A DNA stretch of 64,000 bases, from the NCBI GenBank assembly GCA_039030715.1, contig JBCCDU010000006.1:6331-70330 (forward strand), given 5' to 3'. A program made the translations under genes and the position numbers. The DNA comes from Pseudomonadota bacterium. GTDB lineage: Bacteria; Pseudomonadota; Alphaproteobacteria; Rhodobacterales; Rhodobacteraceae. The notes beneath the pieces are model-generated. The model had not been told where the DNA came from and did no database searches. It was given only the letters and a program-made list of their open reading frames with translations. Of the stretch, positions 1 through 8,924 are shown one piece after another. Each line of letters starts with the position of its first letter. Within the stretch, counting starts at the first letter, position 1.

Positions 1-324
1 CCACCAGGCACGCGCAGCGGAGAACAGTCCGGTCTGATCATAGACCACCACACGGTGCCCGTCGCCGATGCCCATCTTGCGCACCCGGCTGATGAACTTG
101 TCGGTTGGAGGTAGCATGTGGGGCAGCGGCGACTTGGCATCCGCCACGTCGTCGATATCGAAAAACCGCGCGTTGGGTATATGTCCCGCCGCATACTCGG
201 CGCGGGCGTCGCGTCCGGTATCGGGCATGTGCATGCTCGCATCCAGGATGCGGATATCGGGCGCGTTCAGGCGCTCGGCCAGCCAATCGGTCGAAACCAG
301 AAGCTCGGGGTCGCTTGTCGGCAT
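1..324 (-). CDS. sseA: 3-mercaptopyruvate sulfurtransferase (rhodanese family), 5' part; runs off the window edge
   Basis: Hand translation from ATG at 324: MPTSDPELLVSTDWLAERLNAPDIRILDAS...GHIPNARFFDIDDVAD...LPHMLP...VVVYDQTGLFSAARAWW, the typical SseA N-terminal rhodanese domain. Not in the ORF track because no stop lies in the window. Confidence 0.92.
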   Translation of the reverse strand, partial: MPTSDPELLVSTDWLAERLNAPDIRILDASMHMPDTGRDARAEYAAGHIPNARFFDIDDVADAKSPLPHMLPPTDKFISRVRKMGIGDGHRVVVYDQTGLFSAARAWW

Positions 325-399
325 GGGGCTCCCTCGGATCGATTTGCTGACAGTATCTTCGTTTCATATCCGCCGATCCAGCGAACGGCAACAGCGCGC

Positions 400-1896
400 T
401 CACTCCGGCCGGATCAGCGAGTTGATAGAGGCGAGCAACACCGCCGAGACGACCCAGCCCAGGATCTGGAACACCCAGCTCGCCACCCATCCGACCGTGC
501 CCCAGGGTCCGGTCGTGGCAGGCGCCCAGGCGGCCTCCTGCCCCAGATCCAGGATCGGGATGACCACATCCGCACCATAGGCCAATGCATTGAACGTCTC
601 GTAATGGCGGCCGGGATAGCCATTGGCCCAGGCGATGTTCGGGCGCTCCATCTCCTGCACCGCCTTCCATTCCGGCGAGTTCAGGATCACCGGCGTGTCG
701 GGCGCCATCTGCCCGGCCTCCCAAACTTGCCAAAAGACCAGGGCCGCCAACAGGCTGAGGACCACCAGGGTGCGCAGGACCCTGAACGGGCGCAGGCCGA
801 AGCCTGCCACCAGCTCGAACCCCCAATCCCTGAAGCCGAGCCAGAGCCGCCAGGCCCCGTTGGCGGCGCTGCGCCGGTCGGCGCGCAACAGCTTCTCCTT
901 GACGAACAGCACCTCGCGCGCGTCTTCGCGGTGGCCCATCTCGCGAAACACGATGGCAAGCTGTTCATAGGGTTGCGGGCGGAAATCATCATAGTCCTGC
1001 CGTGCCAACCATTGCAGGCGCATGGTCGCCGTACATTGCGCTGCATTGCCGGAGAACGCACCATAGCGGCAGTTGTCCAGCCGCAACTGCTCGGCCTCCG
1101 GCCAGCAGGTCGGGTCGTCATTGATCCGGCTGACCGTGGCGCCGGTCAGCCGCAGCATACCGGTCAAGCCCATTTCGCCGCGCATGAAGATCGTCCCTTC
1201 GATCCGCGCCTTTTCCAGGTTCAGCGCCACCGCCTCGGGTGCCGCGAAGCGCCCGCCCGTGCAGTTGAGATCGCCCCCGATCCGTGCGCTGAGCAGGCGA
1301 ACGCTGCCCCGGACCGAGCAGCCATCGTTCAGCAGCACATGCCCGCCGATCCCGATGCGATCGGCGTGGAGGGCAGCCTCCGCCTCCTCCGCCACGAAAC
1401 GCCCGGCGGTGCAGGAGAGATTGCCGCCGATCTCGGCGCCCAGCAGGCGCACCGGACCCATGGCGTGGAACCCGTTGCGCAGGAAGACGTCGCTGCGGGT
1501 TTTCATTCCTTCGGCAAAAAGCCCCCGGTCCAACCGGCTGCCGCTGAGGCTGACCGCACCCAGATTGGCGTTGCGAAGGATCACCCGGTCCGGAAAGCAG
1601 CAATGGCCCAGACGCAGGTCGCGGCCCGAGTGATGGCCCTGCAAGTCCAAAGCCCCCTCGATCCAAGCACCGGAGATGCGGATGCCACGTTCATGCAGCG
1701 GATATTGCGCATCACCGCCACGCATCGCCCAGGCGATCAGCTCTGCCCGGATGCGGGTATCGTCGTCGGATGCGTCCGGCAACGCTGGCGCATCGGTCGG
1801 TTTGGCGCGCAGGTCGACATCGTCGCCTATCGGGAAACCCTCCAGGAGCTTCTTCTCGGCGGCACTGAGCGCCCCGAATGCGTCGAGCCCCGGCAT
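400..1896 (-). CDS. Beta-solenoid repeat protein with C-terminal membrane domain (family often annotated as membrane-associated oxidoreductase); function unknown
   Basis: 498 aa ORF with repeated ~40-aa units (G.VRLLGA.IGG.L.C..GRF......AL), followed by hydrophobic helices and ALAYGADVVIPILDLGQEAAW. Confidence 0.75.
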   Translation of the reverse strand: MPGLDAFGALSAAEKKLLEGFPIGDDVDLRAKPTDAPALPDASDDDTRIRAELIAWAMRGGDAQYPLHERGIRISGAWIEGALDLQGHHSGRDLRLGHCCFPDRVILRNANLGAVSLSGSRLDRGLFAEGMKTRSDVFLRNGFHAMGPVRLLGAEIGGNLSCTAGRFVAEEAEAALHADRIGIGGHVLLNDGCSVRGSVRLLSARIGGDLNCTGGRFAAPEAVALNLEKARIEGTIFMRGEMGLTGMLRLTGATVSRINDDPTCWPEAEQLRLDNCRYGAFSGNAAQCTATMRLQWLARQDYDDFRPQPYEQLAIVFREMGHREDAREVLFVKEKLLRADRRSAANGAWRLWLGFRDWGFELVAGFGLRPFRVLRTLVVLSLLAALVFWQVWEAGQMAPDTPVILNSPEWKAVQEMERPNIAWANGYPGRHYETFNALAYGADVVIPILDLGQEAAWAPATTGPWGTVGWVASWVFQILGWVVSAVLLASINSLIRPE

Positions 1897-1900
1897 TCGC

Positions 1901-2617
1901 CTAATCCAAAAGGATCGAGACGCGGCGGTTCTGTTTGCCCTTCTTCTCGATCTTTCCGATTGTCAGCGTGCCAATCTTCGATGTGTCTGCCACATGCGTC
2001 CCTCCGCAGGGTTGCAGATCGACCGTGGTGTCGCCGGTGCCGATCCGTACCAGACGCACGCGTCCCTGCCCCATCGGTGGTTTGACCCGCATGGTCTTCA
2101 CCAGACCCGGATTGGCCGCAAGCTCGTCATCCGTAATCCACTCGGTCGTGACCTTGTGCGCCTCGGATATCAGAGCGTTCAGATGATCCTGCAGCGCCTG
2201 CTTGTCCTCTGGCGCCTCCGGCATATCGAAATCCAATCGCCCTTTCTGGGCGGTAATCGCGCCCCCGGTCACCGGCAGCGGCACCACGACCGAGAGGAGA
2301 TGCAGCCCGGTATGGCAGCGCATATGCCGATAGCGCCGCTCCCAATCGAGGACCGCCATCACCTTGGTACCGACAGGGGGTGGCGAGGCCCCCTCCGCCG
2401 GTAAGTGCAGGATCGCATCACCATCAGACTTCACCGTGTCGGCAATTGCGGCTTCGCCACCGTCCCAAGACAGCGCACCCGTATCCCCAGGCTGTCCGCC
2501 GCCGGTGGGGTAGAACACAGTCCGGTCAAGGATCACAGCGCCTTCGGCCGTTATGCCGGTCACCCGGGCCCGCGTTTCGCGCAGATATGGGTCATCGCGA
2601 TAGAGCGTCTCTGTCAT
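1901..2617 (-). CDS. alaX: Alanyl-tRNA editing protein (AlaX family)
   Basis: TVFYPTGGGQPGD, MRCHTGLHLL (HxxxH) and QPCGGTHV (CxxxH) zinc motifs. Confidence 0.92.
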   Translation of the reverse strand: MTETLYRDDPYLRETRARVTGITAEGAVILDRTVFYPTGGGQPGDTGALSWDGGEAAIADTVKSDGDAILHLPAEGASPPPVGTKVMAVLDWERRYRHMRCHTGLHLLSVVVPLPVTGGAITAQKGRLDFDMPEAPEDKQALQDHLNALISEAHKVTTEWITDDELAANPGLVKTMRVKPPMGQGRVRLVRIGTGDTTVDLQPCGGTHVADTSKIGTLTIGKIEKKGKQNRRVSILLD

Positions 2618-3657
2618 TCTGCCCCCTCCCCCGCTGCCGGATCAATCGTCGTGTAGAGCCGGTTGGCCAGGGTGACCCCCTCGACTGATACGTCTTCGAG
2701 CCGATCGTAGAAGCGATTGAATGCGTATTCGAGCTCGCCGGTCCACCCGGTTGCAGCGAAGATTTCGTAGAGCGCGGCCTCCTCCTCCAAAAGCCCATGC
2801 AGCTTGCGTCGATTGGCGAGGGCCGCGCCGTAAATCTCGATGGCGCTGTCCACGCGCGCGGTCCCCTCGCCCGGATTCTGATCGTCGCGCCAGACATCGG
2901 CGAGGCGATCCGCCAGGTCACTACGAAAGTCGGGCAGCGCCGCCTCTGCCGCCGCAAGTGCAGCCTCGCTGCGCAGGACACCGCGGCGCAGATCGCCAGG
3001 ATAGTCGCGCAACAGATCCTCGTAGTTTCCGCTCTCGCCAACCTGCATCTCATAGGCCGCACGGGTCGCGCCCCAAAGCTCCAGTTCGCTCTGGATCAAC
3101 AGGTGATCGGGATGGTCCGCCGGAAACGCGTTTTGGAGCGCCTGCATCGCCCTCAAACCACGTTCGAACTGAGCCAGAAGGGCCTCGCGCGATTGCAGGC
3201 GGATGACAAAGACTTCCTCGATATCCATCCGGCCCACGGCAAGGATCAGCGCGTCCAGGTCGGCCACCTGGCGTTCAACATCCGCCAGACCGCCGCGCAG
3301 ATATCCCGTCCAACGCGGTGGATCGGCATAGAGCGGCGGCTGGCTGGCGGCCTGCGGCCGGTGAGAGCGCACGAGCTCGCGCAAAGCCTCTAACCGAGGC
3401 TGCAGGTGGGCACGCACCGCCCTGGCATTGCCCGCGATTTCATCTGCCGTCGCCAGTTCTCCGCCTAGATCGTCGAACCAGGCATTGGCGCGGTCAAGTT
3501 GCCAGCTCAGCCGCGCGACCTCGACGGATATTTCGGTGCTGGCACGCAACTCGGCGATCAGGGCGCGGGTGCCAGCGGGGTCGGCCCGCGCGGCAGGCAC
3601 GGCAATCAGCAAGGCCAGGATGCCCCCAGCGATCCAACGGTTCAGCACCTTACGCAT
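2614..3657 (-). CDS. Hypothetical secreted, predicted all-helical protein
   Basis: Start moved to ATG 3657 (MRKVLNRWIAGGILALLIAVPAARA-DP, a signal peptide with an AxA site). Overlaps the upstream stop by 8 nt and the alaX start by 4 nt. Confidence 0.7.
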   Translation of the reverse strand: MRKVLNRWIAGGILALLIAVPAARADPAGTRALIAELRASTEISVEVARLSWQLDRANAWFDDLGGELATADEIAGNARAVRAHLQPRLEALRELVRSHRPQAASQPPLYADPPRWTGYLRGGLADVERQVADLDALILAVGRMDIEEVFVIRLQSREALLAQFERGLRAMQALQNAFPADHPDHLLIQSELELWGATRAAYEMQVGESGNYEDLLRDYPGDLRRGVLRSEAALAAAEAALPDFRSDLADRLADVWRDDQNPGEGTARVDSAIEIYGAALANRRKLHGLLEEEAALYEIFAATGWTGELEYAFNRFYDRLEDVSVEGVTLANRLYTTIDPAAGEGAE

Positions 3658-6136
3658 GGCTGCCTGGCCCCGCACCGTCACCCTCTCCATTGTCACCCTC
3701 GCCCGTTTCAGTGTCGGTGTCTTCAACACCAGCCGCGCTTTGTTTCGAGGCCGGCGCGGTGGCGGCGCCGGCAACGCGCGCAATCCCCTCACCCATGTCC
3801 GAGAGGTTCTTGATAGTCACCTCACGCTGAGCGAACGGGATCTCGATCCCTTCCTCTCCGAACCGTCGCGAGATTTCGTAGTTGATGTCGCTTTGGACAT
3901 TCAGGATCCAGTTCACGTCACGCAAGACGCCGCGGATCTCGAAATCCAGGCTGTCGGAGCCAAAGCCCCGGAACAGCACGTAGGGCGCAGGGCGAGGCAG
4001 GAGCATGGTGTGGGAGTCCGCGATCTTTTGCAGGATCCCCTCCACCTTGCGCGGATCCGTGCCATAGGCCACGCCCACCTTCACGATGATCCGCCCATGC
4101 ATGTCCGTATGGGTCCAGTTGATCACCGGTGAGGAAATCAGCTCGGAATTGGGCACGAACAGGGTAGAGCGGTCGAAGGTCTGCACCTCGGTCGAGCGCA
4201 CATTGACCTTCTTGACGTATCCCATGCCCGAGGACAGCTCGACCCAGTCTCCCGCCTTGATCGGCCGCTCGATCAGCAGGATCACGCCCGAGACAAAGTT
4301 ATTGACGATGTTCTGCAGGCCGAAACCGATGCCGACCGACAAGGCACCGGCGACAATGGCAAGGTTGGACAGGTCAAGCGCCGTGGCCGAGATCGCCACC
4401 AGCGCCGATACAAACACACCGAAATAGCCAACACCCGCCACCACCGCATCGCGCCCGCCGCTGTCTAGGCTGGTCAGCGGCAGCACGTTGCGGCTGAGTA
4501 TGCCCTGGATCATCCGGGTCAGCAGATAGCCGATGGCGAAGACCACCAGAAACAGAAGCGCATCGATCGGTGACAGGCTGACATCGCCGACCGAGAAACC
4601 GTCCTCGACCAGCTTCCACCAGGCGGAGAGGTCGGTGCCGCTTGCCCCCCATATCAGGGCCAGAACCGGGATCGCGGCGCATATCAGCATGAAGCCAACC
4701 AGCACGGGGATCATCCGGAAGCGGCTGGAACCCTCATCCTCCGGCACGAATTGCGCCACGCCATCGCGCACCATGTAGAAGAGCAGGATACCGATCCCCA
4801 GGGCGGCGCCCGAGAACACCATCGGATAGAAGACATAGCGCGAGGCAAAGTAGTACCCCAGCAGCGCCAGAAGGGGCGCGGCGATGGCAGCCAGCCGCAC
4901 CACATCGCGCATCAGGTTCAGGAAATACGGAAGCAAGGGCGGCGAGCGTTGTTCATCTGCCGAGAGATCGGTTTCCGGCTGCTCCGGGCGCAAGGCTGTG
5001 GCCGTCAACCACAGGCAGATCCCCCCCACGATCAACAGTGCGGTATTGACCACCACCTGTGCTTCGAACGGCAGATCGATGCTGGTGAAGCCCCCAACGA
5101 TCAGAGTGTTGTCGAGCCCGACCACAACCGCCAGCGCCACGACCCTACGATGGGCCTTCGCCGCCTCATGATCGTCGAGCTTCGAGACACGTAGGGCAGG
5201 TTCGTTCGGCGCGAAGAACGCGCTTCCCAACCCATAGGCGCCGATCACCACCAGAACAGCGCGAGAGAGCCCGGCCACCAGCGGTTCGGCCGAGGGGCCG
5301 ATCAGGCCGCTATTGGCCAGCCAGACCAGGACAAGGCCCATCGCCGCGGCCGGCAGCAGAAGCCGGGTGAGAGTTAGTGAGACCGCAAGGCTTGCGGGTT
5401 GGCGCGGCGGCTCGCCATTACGCATTCGAAAGGTGAGTCTATCCTCGGCCCAGCGCTTCAGCCGGAACAGCAGGATCAGAAGCCCGAAGACCACTATCGC
5501 CCCGACGAGCAGACGCGCACCCTCGCTGCTGACCATCGCCATTTCATTGAACTGGCTTGTCGTCTCTTCGATGATCTGGCGCGCTTCGCGCTGCAAACCC
5601 TCGACCGCGCGGGGCCAGACACCGGGTTCCGCCACGCCGGGACTTCGGCTCTTGAGCTGCGTGGTGAAGATGTCCCGCCGCCGGTCGACGAATTTCTTGA
5701 CGGCGGTCGAGATCCGAAACTCCAGATCCTGTGTCAGACCCAGCTCGGCCTGAACCGCGGCCATTTCTGTCGTCAGCCGGTCGCGTTCTTCAGCCAACGC
5801 CCCGTTGTCCGGTGGCCCCCCCTCGGCAGCCGGGGCAAGATTGCGCAGGCGTTCCTCGTAGGGGCCGAGTTCGCTGTTCAGTTCATTGACCAGCGCGGTG
5901 ACGCTGCCGCGCAGATTTTCCAGTTCGGCCCGGCCGCTTTCGATCTGGTCGACCGAAAGCTCGGGATCATCCAGAACCGAGGAAATCTGGCGAAGACTGA
6001 CATCCCAGCGCTCGACCCGGTCGGAGACCTCCTCCTCGGGTATCGGCTGTCCCAGCGCTACCCCACCCAGGAGCAACGCCATCAGAACCAAAATTGAGAG
6101 AGCGCGACCCAGACCGCGCGTGGCCACATCCAGCAT
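3650..6136 (-). CDS. Large mechanosensitive channel, MscS family, with N-terminal helical (DUF3772-like) and multi-TM region
   Basis: C-terminal GALSVGIGFGLQNIVNNFVSGVILLIERPIKAGDWV...VPNSELI MscS signature. Confidence 0.92.
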   Translation of the reverse strand: MLDVATRGLGRALSILVLMALLLGGVALGQPIPEEEVSDRVERWDVSLRQISSVLDDPELSVDQIESGRAELENLRGSVTALVNELNSELGPYEERLRNLAPAAEGGPPDNGALAEERDRLTTEMAAVQAELGLTQDLEFRISTAVKKFVDRRRDIFTTQLKSRSPGVAEPGVWPRAVEGLQREARQIIEETTSQFNEMAMVSSEGARLLVGAIVVFGLLILLFRLKRWAEDRLTFRMRNGEPPRQPASLAVSLTLTRLLLPAAAMGLVLVWLANSGLIGPSAEPLVAGLSRAVLVVIGAYGLGSAFFAPNEPALRVSKLDDHEAAKAHRRVVALAVVVGLDNTLIVGGFTSIDLPFEAQVVVNTALLIVGGICLWLTATALRPEQPETDLSADEQRSPPLLPYFLNLMRDVVRLAAIAAPLLALLGYYFASRYVFYPMVFSGAALGIGILLFYMVRDGVAQFVPEDEGSSRFRMIPVLVGFMLICAAIPVLALIWGASGTDLSAWWKLVEDGFSVGDVSLSPIDALLFLVVFAIGYLLTRMIQGILSRNVLPLTSLDSGGRDAVVAGVGYFGVFVSALVAISATALDLSNLAIVAGALSVGIGFGLQNIVNNFVSGVILLIERPIKAGDWVELSSGMGYVKKVNVRSTEVQTFDRSTLFVPNSELISSPVINWTHTDMHGRIIVKVGVAYGTDPRKVEGILQKIADSHTMLLPRPAPYVLFRGFGSDSLDFEIRGVLRDVNWILNVQSDINYEISRRFGEEGIEIPFAQREVTIKNLSDMGEGIARVAGAATAPASKQSAAGVEDTDTETGEGDNGEGDGAGPGSHA

Positions 6137-6194
6137 CGCACCAGCCTATCCGGTTATTCGGTCAAATCCAGTGCCAAGGACCGCCGGTGTCGGT

Positions 6195-7232
6195 TCAGGT
6201 CTCGACAAAAGCCTTGGGAACCTCGCGCTGCTGATCCAGCCATGGTGGCGCCGGCAGCCCGCGGTCGCGCAAAAAGTCCGGGTTGAACAGCTTGCCCTGA
6301 TAGCGCGAACCATAATCGCAGAGAATTGTCACGATGGTGTGGCCCGGCCCCAGATCTCTCGCCAGCCGGATCGCGCCCGCAACATTGATGCCGGTCGAGA
6401 GCCCCATGCAGAGCCCCTCCTCCTGCAGCAGATCGAAGACGATGGGAACGGCCTCCGCATCCGGAATGTTATAGGGGAAATCCACCTCCAGCCCTTCCAG
6501 ATTGGCGGTGATACGACCCTGCCCGATCCCTTCGGAGAAGCTGGAGCCGTCCGCCTTCAGCGAACCATGGGCATAGTGGTGATAGAGCGCGGCCCCGTCC
6601 GGGTCGGCCAATCCAATCTTCACATTCGGATTCTTCGCGCGCAGCGCGGTCGCTGTGCCAGCCAAAGTGCCGCCCGATCCACAGGCGCAAATAAAGCCAT
6701 CGACCTCGCCCGCAGTCTGCTCCCAGATCTCGGGCCCGGTCGAGTCGATATGCGCCTGGCGGTTGGCGGTGTTGTCGAACTGCTGAGCCCAGATTGCGCC
6801 ATTCGGTTCGGTCTTGTTCAACTCTTCGGCCAGGCGACCGGAATAATGCACGTAGTTGTTGGGGTTGCGATAGGGGACCGCAGGCACCTCGACCAGCGTT
6901 GCGCCTGCCAGTTTCAGCATCTGCTTTTTCTCGTCCGACTGGGTCTCCGGGATCACGATCACCGACTTGAAGCCCATGGCGGCCCCGACCAGACTGATAC
7001 CGATGCCGGTATTCCCGGCCGTCCCCTCGACAATCGTGCCGCCTGGTCGCAGACGGCCCTGCGCGACCGCGTCCTTGATGATCCATAGGGCCGCGCGATC
7101 CTTAACCGACTGGCCCGGGTTCATGAATTCCGCCTTACCGAGAATTTCACAGCCTGTCAGCTCGGACGCCTTTTTCAACCGGATCAGAGGTGTGTTTCCG
7201 ACAGCATCCGGCAGATCCTTGTAGATTCTCAT
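6195..7232 (-). CDS. cysK: Cysteine synthase A (O-acetylserine sulfhydrylase)
   Basis: VGNTPLIRL, NPGQSVKDRAA (PLP lysine), EGTAGNTGI and GSGGT motifs. Start set at MRIYKDL (7232). Confidence 0.93.
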   Translation of the reverse strand: MRIYKDLPDAVGNTPLIRLKKASELTGCEILGKAEFMNPGQSVKDRAALWIIKDAVAQGRLRPGGTIVEGTAGNTGIGISLVGAAMGFKSVIVIPETQSDEKKQMLKLAGATLVEVPAVPYRNPNNYVHYSGRLAEELNKTEPNGAIWAQQFDNTANRQAHIDSTGPEIWEQTAGEVDGFICACGSGGTLAGTATALRAKNPNVKIGLADPDGAALYHHYAHGSLKADGSSFSEGIGQGRITANLEGLEVDFPYNIPDAEAVPIVFDLLQEEGLCMGLSTGINVAGAIRLARDLGPGHTIVTILCDYGSRYQGKLFNPDFLRDRGLPAPPWLDQQREVPKAFVET

Positions 7233-7330
7233 GGCGCACATGTCCTTGCTGGAAATCAGGTCCGCAACATTTAAGCCGGGCACGATCCAGGCTCAAGTGC
7301 GGATCTGCCCGTGGTTTCAGGCCGGCGGAC

Positions 7331-8041
7331 TTATGCAGTGCCGAGCGCGTTGTCGCTCGCCGCCTGGGCCTCGGCCACGCTCTGGGTCGAGCGGGTGAGC
7401 TTTCGTCGCAGATGGTCGCTGAAGCTGTCCTGAAGCGCGAGGCGGATCTCGGCATTCTTCGCGGCCAGGTCTCGCAAAGGCCCTGCTGGAAAGCAGAGGC
7501 AGAGCGTCGGCTCGGCGAACCTCGCGCTCGCCGTGGCGGGATCGCCGCTCAGCACCGTGATCTCGCCGATGAAGCTGTCCTCGCCCATGATCGAGACATC
7601 GCGCCCGCCGCTCGACACCGCAACCCGGCCAGTCGACACCCAGAAAAGGTGGCTGACCGGTTCACCCTCGCGGATCAGCTCCTCGCCCGGCGTCCCCTCG
7701 AACCAGAGCGCCAGATCGAGCAACTTGCGCCCATCGGCGGGCGAGAGCTTGGGCAGACAGGCCGTCAGAAAAGCCCGCTCCTGCTCCGTAAATCGCGCGC
7801 TGCTGTTGATCACATAGAACCGTGCCATACCGACAATGGAGATCGTGATCCAAGAGATCTGGATCATGGCCGATGACAGGTTGAACGCCTCGATAAGGCT
7901 GATCAGCACGCAGGAGGATGCAGCAAGGTTCAGCAGCGCATAGAGATATCCACGCCCGGCGATCAACCCAAGTTGCAACGCCGTATAGGACCCGAGATAG
8001 AGGGCAACTCCGATAATCCCCGCAAGGCCATAGATCGTCAT
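7331..8041 (-). CDS. Membrane protein with three N-terminal TM helices and a cyclic-nucleotide-binding-like domain (Popeye-like architecture)
   Basis: Hydrophobic N-terminal ~80 aa, then LIREGEPVSHLFWVSTGRV...FIGEITVLSGDPATASA cNMP-binding fold motifs. Confidence 0.8.
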   Translation of the reverse strand: MTIYGLAGIIGVALYLGSYTALQLGLIAGRGYLYALLNLAASSCVLISLIEAFNLSSAMIQISWITISIVGMARFYVINSSARFTEQERAFLTACLPKLSPADGRKLLDLALWFEGTPGEELIREGEPVSHLFWVSTGRVAVSSGGRDVSIMGEDSFIGEITVLSGDPATASARFAEPTLCLCFPAGPLRDLAAKNAEIRLALQDSFSDHLRRKLTRSTQSVAEAQAASDNALGTA

Positions 8042-8111
8042 GTGCTACCCCCCGAACGATACTCAAAACACACTTGTAGACTGCATAATTCGGCGGGGGC
8101 GGCAAGCGCGC

Positions 8112-8423
8112 TCAGCCGTGTTCGGTTCCCCAGGCACGCATTGCACGGATGATCGTGCGCATCTTTTGCCCCTTCTCGGTCAGCGCATAGGCCGCCCGTG
8201 GAGGATGGTCGGTATAGAACTCGCGACTGACGACGCCGCTGTTCTCCAGCATCTTCAGGCGGTTCGAGAGGGTGTTGGGCGTAATTCCGGCGATTGCCTG
8301 TTGCAGGTCCTGAAACCGACGCGGGCCATGGTCAAGCATCTCGCGAATGATCTGCGCGGTCCAACGGGTGCCGAGGATCACGGCGGTCCGGGCAATCGGG
8401 CAATCAGGCAGTTTGTCGACCAT
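8112..8423 (-). CDS. HxlR-family winged-helix transcriptional regulator
   Basis: CPIARTAVILGTRWT...RRFQDL...ITPNTLSNRLKMLE...YALTEKG. Confidence 0.9.
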   Translation of the reverse strand: MVDKLPDCPIARTAVILGTRWTAQIIREMLDHGPRRFQDLQQAIAGITPNTLSNRLKMLENSGVVSREFYTDHPPRAAYALTEKGQKMRTIIRAMRAWGTEHG

Positions 8424-8513
8424 GAGCGCTCTATATCACGACGGATTGAACAGGGAACACTTCAAATACCGAAGACACTATGCTTTCAGTAGTCACTTCT
8501 AAAACAGGAGGAT

Positions 8514-8915
8514 ATGATGACAATTGAATTGCAAGCGCTGGTCTGGGCCTGCGTGACCCTGATTGTGCTGCTGGGTGTCCAGGGCGCGCTGGTGCCGATC
8601 AACCAAGGTTTCGCCTGGGGTCTCGGCTCGCGGGACGAGCCGCGCGACATGACCGCATTTCAGGGCCGGATGCGCCGGATCGTCGCCAATCACATCGAGG
8701 GACTGGTGGTCTTCGCCGGGCTGGTGCTGGCCGCACATCTGGCCGGGATCAGCAGTTCAACCACGCAGATCGGTGCGATCCTGTTCGTACTTGCGCGGGT
8801 GCTTTTCGCTGTCACCTATATGGCGGGGGTGCCGGTCGTACGCTCGGTCATCTGGGGCGTGGGAACCTTTGGCATTCTGATGATTGCCGTTGATGTGATC
8901 GCCGCGTCCATCTGA
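8514..8915 (+). CDS. MAPEG family membrane protein
   Basis: GRMRRIVANHIEGL motif and 4 TM segments; SD AGGAGG upstream; divergent from the HxlR gene. Confidence 0.85.
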   Translation: MMTIELQALVWACVTLIVLLGVQGALVPINQGFAWGLGSRDEPRDMTAFQGRMRRIVANHIEGLVVFAGLVLAAHLAGISSSTTQIGAILFVLARVLFAVTYMAGVPVVRSVIWGVGTFGILMIAVDVIAASI

Positions 8916-8924
8916 GTTTCGCCC

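Noticed and set aside
118-2085. Long antisense ORFs (e.g. 118-2085 +, 8946-10253 +, 27602-29725 +, 59633-62671 -)
   Set aside because: Shadows of real genes on the opposite strand, expected at high GC; no protein motifs.
8424-8513. Repeated CACT(T/A) motifs between the HxlR and MAPEG genes as an operator
   Set aside because: Plausible, but no clean dyad could be defined; an HxlR-MAPEG divergent pair is also ordinary.
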